Positions 1 through 12,498 of a stretch of 64,000 nucleotides of DNA are shown here, one piece after another. A program made the translations under genes and the position numbers. How positions within the stretch are numbered: position 1 is the first letter of the stretch; every line of letters starts with the position of its first letter. This DNA is from Tubiluchus corallicola (Eukaryota > Animalia > Priapulida), in contig JAQGDQ010000105.1 of assembly GCA_030141605.1 (NCBI GenBank), positions 248,001 to 312,000 on the forward strand, in the 5' to 3' direction. The notes beneath the pieces are model-generated. The model ran no database searches, was not told the origin of the DNA, and saw nothing but the letters and a program-made list of their open reading frames with translations.

Positions 1-1899
1 TTAACGAAGAATTTGAGGTAAAGGGCTTTGAAAATAGTACGCATGGAATCAGATGTCCATGAAAATTAGCTTTGGAGATTGATCAGAAATTGCGATGAAT
101 ACTAAGAACTGCAGGCAAAAAGTGATTCAGCTCATCCATGTAGTATGTGATTAGACTGGTTAATGGTAAAGATAAGTGAAATGCCACGCCCAACAGAAAT
201 TTCTGAAAAATATAATATAAGCAAATGTATTATAAAAGTACTATATCATTTAATATTATCTCAGTATCTTTAACTCAGAATGCACTAATGTATCGACGAA
301 TGTGGCCAATATTAGAGCTTTAAACATAGAAAATCTTTTAAAATTATAAATGCAGTTATAATTACTTTACCGTGAATTGCATTTACTGAAATAAACCATT
401 TTTACTAGTATTTTTATTATCGTAACAATTACTATGTTTCTGTTGTCAGATTTTTATTTCAGTTCTTGTTTCAGTTCAGTTTTATTTCAGTTATTTTCAG
501 TTTGATTTTTTTTTATTATGCACTTATTATTACTGTGTATGAATTGTACAAACACGTTATAAGCATATCAATTTAATATCATTCGTAACAATTAATTTTT
601 ATTATAAGCAGTACTAACACTAACACACTGTCGCATAGCGCCTATAAAAAATGTTCATGACTAACCAAAGGGCAGCTAACTAGGTGACAAATTGGTCTTT
701 CGCTGCCCTTTCTTCACATTTTTGTTTCCAAATTAATTGTATTATAACTCTGCGTGTGTTACGAGATATAAATTAACCTCACGTCATACAGACATTTTTT
801 CTACAAATTTTGATTGTTATATGTTTATAAGTCAAGTGGTAACAGTGAAATAAATCCAACATGCTAAATGACACGTCTTTTCATTTAACATTTTTAATCG
901 GCCAGTAATTTGTAATTTACGTATACGTACATAGGTTGATATGTGCATATATGCACATACATACGCACATACATATGGCATTCACTTGACTTTTTTAAAC
1001 AATACTTTCAATTTCCTCACAAAGTGGAAACAAAAACATACAGAAAAAATAAAAACAACCTGAGCAGCCGCTGTTCTAAGAATCGGTTCTTTGAAAGAAA
1101 AAAACGATTTTTTTTTCACTAAAAAGCACCATATGTTACCCATTGTGCTAAAGTTCGGTTACCAAATTGTTTCCTGTTTTCAAAAATATTCATGAAGATC
1201 CAGTTTCTTTGGGCCTTTTGAGCACTTCTTGACGTTTCATACCTGCCCTTTAGTCTGTCGGCCTTGTAAGCTTCTTGTAAATTTCTTGCAGCTTTGTGTT
1301 TTCACTGAGCAACGTTATTATTGCCAGAAGCCTAGACTAGTTCACACATGTCACAGTAGGAGACAGAATGATAATATTTTAAGGAAAAATGACTTTTGAA
1401 CTTGAAGACCAACCAAGACCAACCAAAGCCTCTATGAACCCAGGGATGTTCGGGTATATAAGGTTACGTGTTTTTGGGTATCCAGTCATTTGAATGAAAG
1501 AATGTGTAAATTTAATTGCTTAACTCCTTACGGTTTTCCCACATTTTCCCAAGTTCTCTCCTCTCTCTCTCCTCAGCGTCATCGGCTTCATTTCATTCGT
1601 AAAACTGTCTATGTGCAGTTTAATTTAACTAGTGAGTTATTATTAAATTACATGTCTGGCTATTGCTCTCTAAACAAAAGACTGGCATATCATCAGGCAT
1701 ATCAACAGTTAAAAATTAAATGTGTAGGGATGTAAAAATTACGTCCTGAAATACTCCTACGAAGAATTGTAGTTCATAGCTCTTATGCTGTATGGATTTA
1801 CTACTGTGTCTTGCTCTAACAGACTTTTTGATTTGAATATGTTGCAATTGGAAGAGAGAAGAATTCATTATGATGTAAACACATGCTACATTATTATTC

Positions 1900-2290
1900 A
1901 TAGGGAAAATGACTTCGATAGAATAGATTTTTTACCTATGCTCCTAAAATTTCTAGGAGCCTAAGGGTCAAAGTTTATGAAAATCGATCTGTATCAACAG
2001 TAGTTCAACATTCGTTTGCCAATAGAGTTGTCATTTCGGAATTCTCTTCCTGCACGTGTAAATAGGTCTTCACTGGTAAATGCCGCCTCCAGTAAATTAC
2101 TTAGTCAAAGATTAATGAAAATTGACTTTTCAACATATTTGTATTTTTCCAGACATATGTAGGTAGTAATTTTACTATTTGTGTCTCTCCTGTTTCCATT
2201 TAACCTGTCTCGTTTATTATTGCACGTATTTTATTGTTTTATGCAGTTAATTTTTAGTACACATAGATAACTTAATAAATAAATAAACAG
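1900..2290 (+). mobile_element. 3' end fragment of a CR1-like LINE
   Basis: Encodes HSFANRVV..NSLPARV, the typical C-terminal motif of CR1-group ORF2, followed by a T-rich 3'UTR and an (AATA)n tail at ~2273-2287. Confidence 0.6.
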
Positions 2291-3926
2291 AAGAGTACTG
2301 GTAAGAAGATATTGGCAAACAGACAAGTGTAACACAAACATAAATACAAGCAGCTGCCTTAAAACTTCCTTTTCAACAGCCATTGTAGGTACGAACGAAG
2401 GTTTCAAAAAGGAAACTTCATGTTTGTAGGAACTGATAAAGATTAGTAATCATGCGACAAATTTGTTTTGTTGTCTGTTTGCTTGCCCGTTTCATTGTTT
2501 TTTTACCATTCTACATTTATCATTGTTTATGCACTTGGTTGTTACCTTGCGATTTTTGTTTTTCATTTTCCTAGCTGGTTTTCAATTTATTTGTTAATTG
2601 CTTTTTCCTTTACTTGCTTCCTTATTTTTTCAATTCTTCGTTTATTCGTTCGCCTGCTTTTTCGTTCACATGATCGGCTCATTCTTTCAGTTCACGAGTC
2701 TGACGACCAAACAATTAATTGTACTTTTTCAAACTGTTTGCTTAAAAGTTTATTTTTGGCATAGTTGTTTCTTGTCGTCTTAATGAACGTCATTTGACGA
2801 ACTCATTAAATAGCTCAGTCATTCTTCTAAGCAAATAATTAGGACATAATTAAGGGCGAGCCTGTTACAGTATTGATAATAGATTAAAGACGTCGCGCTC
2901 ATTAAGAAATATTGCAGAACTGTGTCGCTCTGATAATTAAATGACTTCAGAGGTGAGACCTGGATGTCTTTCTGTTTAAGCCTGTGTAATCGCACAGGAA
3001 TACACTTAAACCTTCTGCTGGAGGCTACAAAAGCCAAACAACAAAAAAGACAAAGAACAAATACTTAATAGTTGAAAATACAGTAAAATACTGCTGAAAA
3101 ATGCCTGAGGTAGACCGGAATTTACAGCGATGCATATCACGAACCAGGTGGGTTCTATATGGTCACCGATAATAGCGAAGGAAATCGGTAAGCGAAATAA
3201 AGAACCAAATCGTGAAAAGTGTCAAGGACCAAAGGCTTAAAGGAGCAGCTTTAAACTTCGGAAATCCAATGGTCGGGGTAGGTAAGGGTCAATGACGCCA
3301 TTTTTGCGAAGGGATTTTATATAGCAAGGAAGTCGAACTGAAGTGAAACGAAGAAATAAACCAATAACCCCTCTTTTCTGTCTGCAAGTGATAATATATT
3401 TATTTTAATCGCGATCGAGAAAACTTCATTTCCGGTTATTTATACTCTCTGCTAGCTGTAAATCGTAATTGAAGCAAAATTATTAAAATGCTACTAGCGT
3501 GTGCGGACCTCTTATCGGAAAACAACATAAACAATAAAATTATAATTCTGAACTGTCAGGGCAGACAATGATGACAATCTTCAAAAATGACGAATATAAA
3601 GTTCCGAAATTTATACTAATGAAGAAATTCCGTGAAGCGAATTTGTTAATGTGGAAAGTCTTCTTAACTTATCAACTTAAGTTTGTTGCTAATGGTACTG
3701 TTTAACAGAAAATTGTTTTCCAGTTTACTACATCCTCATTCATTTGAAGAAGAATGTTAGTACATCTCGTTTAATAATTAAAAGAATTCTATTTCTCACA
3801 TTTTTACGTTTCTGCTGTAATTACTTGCCCGGAGAAGACACTACTTTATTTGACTCGACTTCGTTATAGAATTAATTCCTGTGGCTTTTATTTAACGGCG
3901 CTGTTGTTTGCGCTACGATATTTTTC

Positions 3927-4151
3927 AGTTGTCGTTTTTTTGACACAGAGGGCGAGAACTGACCACCTATTAAACTTCCTCTTTTTTCGCTCTCTCTAAA
4001 TTTCTTTCCACGCGTCTACTGGCTGTAACGTCTTTATTGATTAGGCGTTTCGTTCAAGCCTAATAAATAACTCGCCTGGCTCGACTGATCAAATTTTCCA
4101 TCCGATGAACACACGTCGTCAAATAAATCTGAAAGGATCGAAGCCGGGCAG
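3927..4151 (+). promoter_or_regulatory. Candidate non-coding 5' exon / TSS (possibly of the GPCR)
   Basis: Locally GC/CpG-richer non-repetitive block, TCAGTT initiator-like motif at 3925 and a strong CAG|GTAATT donor at 4152; no host coding exon was found between here and the GPCR acceptors. Confidence 0.3.
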
Positions 4152-4544
4152 GTAATTAACCATTTAATTTATTTTTTGAGTGCATTTATAAACACATAAA
4201 CTGTAATTCTAACAGACTCTGATGTCACTAAGATTTAATGTAACAGTCATAAAGTGTGATAGATAGAACCCGAGATTCGCAAAACATGAATTGAAACTCA
4301 ATTCCCGTTACACCTTTCTGTGGCGCCTGACCAGAAGTCTTAAGTCATTTGTTCAATTCTGTGGAGTAGGGCTTAGCTTTGTCTTGTTAACTACAATTCT
4401 TTCAGCCTCTTAACCACAAAAATCTATTAATTCGTATTCTGTTCTGGTGGTAGATTAATAATTAATTTTTAAGCCTAAACTAGAAATGTACATAGATTAC
4501 TGTAAGCATAATACATCAAAGTATCAGAACAAGTAAGTAACTTA

Positions 4545-4952
4545 TTTGCATAAAACTAAGAAATTCGTTTTGCATCTACATGACCATTCTGATCGTAGTC
4601 GTTTGAGACAAGTTTAGACAATATGGCGTAAAACACGAAAAATAATCAACTAGAGCATTCGTATCCCACACTTCACTAACTAAGCAAAAGAACAAATTAC
4701 TTTAACTTGTCAATAAGATTAATTTTTATTTTAATCATAATATAATTTTTATGAACCAGTGACGGTTTTTCGTGCACACTGGGAAAGTGAAACAGTGACG
4801 ATTTACGAGTCTTTTACGAATATATTGAATTATTAAAAATTTTCTTTTCCAGTTTCATATGTTTCTCAAACAGGCAAACTTAATGCTAAGCAATACGACT
4901 TTGTATGGAAAGTTTTTTATACGTAAGTTAAATGCCGTTTTTCTTCCCTTTA
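4545..4952 (+). mobile_element. Interspersed repeat family B (Kolobok-like MITE), copy 1, 5'-truncated
   Basis: Shares GAGCATTCGTA, CTTGTCAATAAGATTAA, TGTATGGAAAGT and TTCTTCCCTTTA with the copies at 7338, 43816 and 57884. Confidence 0.7.
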
Positions 4953-6632
4953 TATAACAAATAAATCAAAACATTAAACCATACATTTTCACTATTCTTT
5001 GGTCATGCTTTCACAAACCACTAACCATACTACCTCTTTGACAAATTAAACATGCCTTGTTTTATGTTCATAATATTAAATGATTATATTACTTGGTATA
5101 CATAAAATGTATATTCAGCTCAGGTAGTAGCTGTACGAATTAGCAGGGTTTTTCTCCAGCGGTAACGATGAAATCAGCATCACCAAATCTGTGAATCGCC
5201 TGGATGGTGGGTCAAATTTTGTGTGACGCATTTCCTGTTTTTCAGAAGAAGCTACACATAGCGCGATTTAAATGTTATATCGCGTTATTGCAAAATTCTC
5301 GTACATATTTTGTTCAGGTTTCTTGCTAAACTCATCGCTTGTTACAAGCAAATTTAACATTAACATTTTACCTTGACATTTAAGTAAAAGCAAATTCGTG
5401 CGTGTTGTCTTTCTTTGCAGAAAAATAACTACTATGTATTTTAATTTGACCGGCAGATATTATGTACCATAAAATTACTTCATGACGTTTATGTGTTAAA
5501 TAGAAACTGCACGCCATTCCCTGCTTACTCTTGTATCTTCGCTTGCGCCACGTGAGGCCAAGTTATTTGTTTACTTCGAAATATAGCCATGCGACATGCG
5601 AGCCATTTAAATGCGTGTTACGTTTTGTTGTCTCGTCTTTTTTGGAGAAGTTACACGAGTAAACGGGAGGTCGTAAATTTTATCGCAGGCGTAAAACGTT
5701 AGAACTGCATGTAAAAATCCTGCGAAACAAATCCTTGCCAATTACTGTTATGATAACGTACGGACGTTAGCAAATAAAATAGAAATAGCTATTTCAGCTA
5801 ATAACTATTAAATAAAATTCGGTTTTGACCCCCACTTCTTGAGATGGAGAAGTTTTTACAGAATCTGTTGTTTTGCAAAATTTGCACAGTGGCTATAGCA
5901 GTAAGCCTGGCGTTGATGACACAGCGGCCATTTTTCAAGCAAATCTCTTGCCGATTTGGGATAAACTGTTTCCTCTGCAAAATGAGTGAAAGGCGCGTTA
6001 TGGATATATATGACTGCACTAAATAGCCAACCGGTTTTAGTTGGAGGGGGATGGAAAGCTGAAAAGAGTTGAAATGGGGCAGCAATTGCACGTAATTTCA
6101 AGGATAAGGAAATTCATTTGCAGTTGCGGGATCTAGGCTTCATCTTATATCGTCTCAGCCGCGAAGCGTTTAAATTACACTGCTGAAACGCTGGAGATAT
6201 TATCTCAGGGGCTGGCTGCTTTATCTTGTAAGTTCTTTTTGCGCAACCAAGCGTTTCAAATTCCATGGATCTCATCCACCAGGGATAAGGTTTTACATTT
6301 TTACGGGCAATTGGAATACATCACATATGAAGCCTCAGACGCCGCACAGTTGAACGCAAACAATATGGCGAATATCACACCTAGTGTTTTTCTATTAGAG
6401 GTCCTAATTTTCCTAGTTTTCCTAATTTGTTGCCAGAAATATTATTTATTTAGCATCTTTTATTTTATTTAGTAGTATTGCAAGAGATGGTAATCAGTCA
6501 TGGAAAACAGTTAAACACATGGGCACTCTTCTAAACATTGAAGATGATATTAAAAATACATGCTTTTCTTCAGCGCAAGAATGTACTAACCAGCAAGAAA
6601 TTAAGTCTCTACACAAAACTTCGATTATGGTG

Positions 6633-6636
<4 letters not shown>

Positions 6637-6694
<58 letters not shown>

Positions 6695-6695
6695 A
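6637..6695. repeat. (TA)n(TG)n microsatellite
   Basis: Directly visible. Confidence 0.95.
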
Positions 6696-7337
6696 TCATT
6701 TATTTTGAACATATTTAGTGCACAGTAAAATTATAAAAAATACAAGACTATAGAGCTTTTAGCCGCTTCTTAGAAACTCAAGAAAACAAGGTTAACTGAG
6801 GTTACTCGATAAAATTGCATTTACTCACGTCTACGGTTTGGCTATGCTCTGTCCCTAATTACAATTGTATTAAACTTTGAGGACAGAATCTACCTCACGA
6901 TAATTGTTTTTATTAAATTTGTGCTACCCGCTTCTTGCTTCTTCGCGATTGTAAGTAGACTATAATTAATTATTCGACAAAATTTATTGTGAACTGCTAG
7001 AAAACTAAAATCACTGGAAAAAGACGATAAATTTCGGTGAAAACGTGAGCGTGTTTCATAGTTCACGATTGAGTTATTGGAATTGACGTGCCTTGCCGAT
7101 GTTCACTAAAATTGGAAAATAATTATGTTTATATTTCCTTAAAGATTATAATTACAAAAAACTGCCAAAGAGATCAAAAAACATAATTGCTATATTAAGA
7201 TAAAAAGAAACACTAATATAAAAGTTTGAAATAAACGCATAGGAGTTTGAAATTTATTGCTGGCGTTTTGCTTAGTTTACTTTAAATTAAATAAATTTAA
7301 TTATAAGTAGTTTCTTAATATCGGACAGCAGATATGC

Positions 7338-7840
7338 TTAAAGCACAAGAAAACCTTTCATAAACATCAAGCTTGAAAAATTCATTTTGAAATTTTATAT
7401 CACTTACATACTGCCTTTTTGCATGCAGGACTTCAATCGGCAGCCACGCTGTATAAAACATGTAAATTTAAACTCCCGCGATGACTGTTAAACGCAGCCA
7501 TTTTGACAACAACTCATTCGAAACAAGTTTAGATAGCATATTGTAAAGTTTGAAAAAATAATCAGAGCATTCGTAGCGCACAAGTCACTAACTAAATAAA
7601 ATTCAAAATTACTGTATCTTGTCAATAAGATTAAAAAACACGTTTTTTGGTTAGTGAGTGGTGCACCCTGGAGGGTGAGACAGCGACATTTTACCAATTG
7701 GTGAAAACATATTAAATAATTAATAATTTTCTTTTCTAGTTACATAAGTCTTTCTAGCAGGTAAGCGAAAGTCTAAGTAATATAGATTTGCACGGAAAGT
7801 CTTTTGAGATATAATTTAACATTTCCTTTTCTTCCCTTGA
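7338..7840 (+). mobile_element. Interspersed repeat family B, copy 2
   Basis: Begins TTAAAGCACAAGA and ends TTCTTCCCTTGA; colinear with 43816-44320 (GCTGTATAAAAC, GCCATTTT, ACAAGTTTAGATA, CAGGTAAG, GGAAAGT). Confidence 0.75.
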
Positions 7841-8084
7841 TTTACGTTTGGTACATGACGTCATGTAATGGGGCGGTCTGAACAGTATTGCGGGAGATTT
7901 AAAATGAAAACAAACTAAAATTCCTTTCAGTGCGAGTAAGATATACGCATAAAATTACTATAAAGTAATATAATTTTTAAGGCGATTTTTCTGAAACCTA
8001 CTTCAGGTACCCCTTTTCTTGTCTTTTAAGTCAGGCGAGCTTCAACCAGTCAACCAACCTGTCAGGCTATCTAATAGACAACTA

Positions 8085-8680
<596 letters not shown>

Positions 8681-11600
8681 AAGGGAGGCCAGTTAATCTA
8701 ATAAATCATAATAACACTTTGAACGTTTATTTTTGGCTTCATCAATAAAGTGAGCAAGCTGGTTCACAAACCAACCAACCAACAGCCCATCGCTAACCAG
8801 GGTTGTCGCCTAGCAGACGGGAAGCACAATACTAAACATCCAAACAAACTACAAAACAGCCCATCGCTAACCAGCGACCAACGATCGACTTCGATCGTCT
8901 GCATCCTCCAACATACTTGAATCCAGTTGCAGTAAAAGCTAGTGCTTTTCGTTTTTTGTATCATTATTTCGACATCACATCCTTCTCAAGAATGTGTAAT
9001 GTTATGAAGCCAAATATATAACATACAAAATCTCAGATTAATGTTGTTGACGCCAAATTCAATGAAATTTTTATTCAAATTGCTTTTTTTCACATATAAA
9101 CTTACAACGACCACCCCGTTGTCATAACCTGAAGTATCAGAAAGCTTTTCGCAATCTTTCTATCAACAATGCCTTTGGTAGGGATAGGAGCTCTTAGCAG
9201 GGATTTAGCTTGGTTATTAGTACACTTTTTAGGTCCTGTATCCGACTGTGATCATTTCAAAAATGTTGTACAATGGCGTAACTGATGTTCTTTAAACTAT
9301 TAAACAAGGATCTCCAATGTTCTTAAACCTACTTGCTAAAGTTCTGTTTGTTTTACCGTGATAACTTTCTTGATATAAGCAGCATTGTTGCCGATGAATC
9401 GTTTTATAAATATTGCATGTCGCCGTTTGTTAGAAGTACAGATTTCACATTCTGTGCTCGATACTCGGTAGAACGCATGTTAATCGGGACTTCATTCACG
9501 CATATTATTGGAATTTCACGGATATCACATGATTTAATCCCTTTTTTGGAAAATTGCATCAGTAACCACGCTAAATCTATTTTATCTCTATCAAATTAAT
9601 TAGAAAGTGTAAAGACACAAGTGATAGGAAGATCAGGGAAAGCCTTCTGATGTCCGCTTCTGATACTTTAAATTTTAATATGAGAGGAAGATGATCGTTA
9701 CCAGTTTACTTGTGAAGAAAACAGTTTGAATAGAAATTCGTCGAATTTTGCTTCATTAACACTAATACAAGAATTTGTATGTTGTACTTTTGGTTACATA
9801 TTCTTGAGAAGGACATAATGTCGAAATATAGTGTACAAAACGAACACACTAGGTTTTACTGCAACATGTATGGTTACTTGTTTTATCTACGTGGTGTAAT
9901 TCAGGACTAAAGTTGCAAAAGCATCATAACCAGATAAACCTACACTTTATTGCCTCCTAGCGACAAATTTTTTCCTAGTCTGTCTATAAACGGATTTCCT
10001 TTGTCTTATAGTGTTATTGACTTATTTTAGCAGAGTTCAGTGACTCGGTAAAATAGTGTAAACCAGGAATAAGAGAATTCTCTTAAACGTAGCTTAATTT
10101 TCAGACCAGAGTTGTGATGGCAACATTTTATTCACAAAACTGCGCGAGTTTCGTTTTAATGTGCCTCTTTTGTAAACGCGCACTATACCTGCCATGGATT
10201 CTAAATTTCCTAATTTTTCGAATTAGTTTCCCGTCTTGTAATGGACACCCATTGCATTGGTGAATTAGCTGATGACTTAATTTAATTTGTTGACCAATTT
10301 ATTACAAAGCGCAGGCATGCGAATGTTGACAGCTTGCATTGATAGTAAATAATGCGTAACAATTGACCCTGAGCATTGAAACCTAACGGCGCGTTCAGAC
10401 TAGCGAGATTTCTGTCTTTTTTTCTCTGAGAATAAACATCGCACGTGTGAACGGCTTTGCCAGTTATTGCCGACAAGTTTTTGCAAATTCTCCGACAGTT
10501 GCTGCAAGTTGATGCTCTCTATATAGTCTGAACACGCTTCCGAGTTACTTGCTGATTGCTAAAACTTTTTAATAGTTCCTACTAATTAAATTATAAGAAA
10601 CCAGTTGAAATCTACCTCCAGCATTCTGGCCGACTTCTTCGTTTACCGGAAAAGACAACGTGTGTATTTGTATGTGCTTTGTGGTCGTCGGAAATACTAC
10701 GTCGCTAACAATACTAAAAAATACTAACCAAGTTTTTATGTTTCCTTAAGTGTTCAGTTAGTTATGTATAAATGTTTTCCAAAATGAGGAAGCTAATGGC
10801 CTTTGCGATCTATAAAAAAGTTAAAATTACTTATAGAAAGGTATATATGAACAATACTAAGACTTTACTTTAAGGAATAACATGCTCACCCTATGAATTA
10901 CAGCCAACTGCATACACATAATCATATAGATCAGTCAATGATTTTTGCAAGTCGTACGATCCCTTACGAAGTGTTCCACAGTTCCTGTGTCTTGCATGAC
11001 AAGTGGATCCATAATAATAACTAATCTAATGTGCATCTTTATTACACAGCACTGTAAAATAGTAATTCAACAATTGCACAATTCTACGTAGCCATCAATT
11101 GCAACTTGATGAAGCCAATAACGAAAACGCGAAAAACATAAAATTGAATTTACGTTCGCTGGAGGTGTCTAACTATATTTTGAGTGATTCCTTTAACAAA
11201 GTGTTCAATAGGTAGGATAATTCAAACAAATTGGCGCATAGGATAACAAAATTTAAAAAGAGCGGGTAACTACACTTGTAAAATTGATACTGTTACTAGT
11301 GTTTTTAACAGCAAATATACACTGTGATGCTGGTAATGAGTGCAAAAATTCGTCTGAATTTACTACAACTAATAATTATTTGTCAGAAAAAAACCAACTT
11401 CTCTCCAGAGACCTTTTTATGCTACAAATTTTCGTCGGGGTTCTGAGCCATTAAGGACAGAAGACAAGAAAGAGTGTACTAGCATTGTATTTGAATTGTA
11501 TTGTTTGTAGAAAAACAATGTTTGTGAGGGCAAATTAAGCGGAACGCCGTATAAGCTAGAATTACGCAATTTTGACACTACGTGGGAAGTGCGTGTAATA

Positions 11601-11976
11601 TTGATCATTGGCGAGTGAGTAGCACTTAATAAACTGATAGCTCAGTGGTCAGATAGCACCACTCAAACTGTCTTGAGCGATCGGCCCTTTAACTGCAGTC
11701 ATAATAGGAAATCATTGTATGGGTTTCTCTTAGATTCGCGATGCTTGAGAATAATAAATGCACTAATTTCTGTTTTCTCGTCACTTCTCTAGGAGCCCTT
11801 ATGTAGCACCGTTACACGCTGCCAAAAAGCTGTGAAATTACAGATTATCTTTATTTATTTTAGTCCTAGGTAACTTGGTGTCTATTATAGATGGCTGCTG
11901 GTTAATTTAACTTATTGCCTTTACTTTATGATAATCTGTATTCACGTTATCAAGACCTATCAATCATCTATAGACT

Positions 11977-12498
11977 CAGGCTGCATAAGATTATGGATAT
12001 CCATAAAATAAGACCAAAAATCCATAAAATAAAATTTGAAAAATCCATAAAATAAGAAATGCATAAAATAAAAAAATGCTTTTTTGTGATTTTTTGTACA
12101 AAATAAGGCAATCAAAACTGAATTGGATTGGAAATTCGGATAGGCATTGGATCGGAAACTTCAGCCTAGAGGGCATTCTACATTCGTCCAAATAGATGAA
12201 TTATTTGAACTGAAGTGATGAATTACAAGGCATTGTCTTGTAAAATTTGATTAAATTTGAAGTGATATGAAACCGATAAAATTAAAACGAAACCAATAAA
12301 ATTAAAGCTAAGTCCTGCGTGTTTAAAAACACGTTTCAAGCACTCCTGTTTTACTTTTTAATTGATTTCCCCCTGGGCATCTCGTTCCAGATATAATCTA
12401 TTTCTTATTTTATTGATATCCATAAAATAAAATTTCAAAAATCCATAAAATAAGCTATTTTATTTATTTTATACATATCCATAATCTTATGCACCCTG
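11977..12498. mobile_element. MITE with 24-bp TIRs (hAT/P-like CAGG termini)
   Basis: Left CAGGCTGCATAAGATTATGGATAT; right ATATCCATAATCTTATGCACCCTG (23/24 inverted match); repeated subterminal CCATAAAATAA motifs; TCTATAG occurs in both flanks. Confidence 0.8.

Noticed and set aside
11637-11700. tRNA-like start TAGCTCAGTGG
   Set aside because: No B box or cloverleaf; at most a very decayed SINE head.
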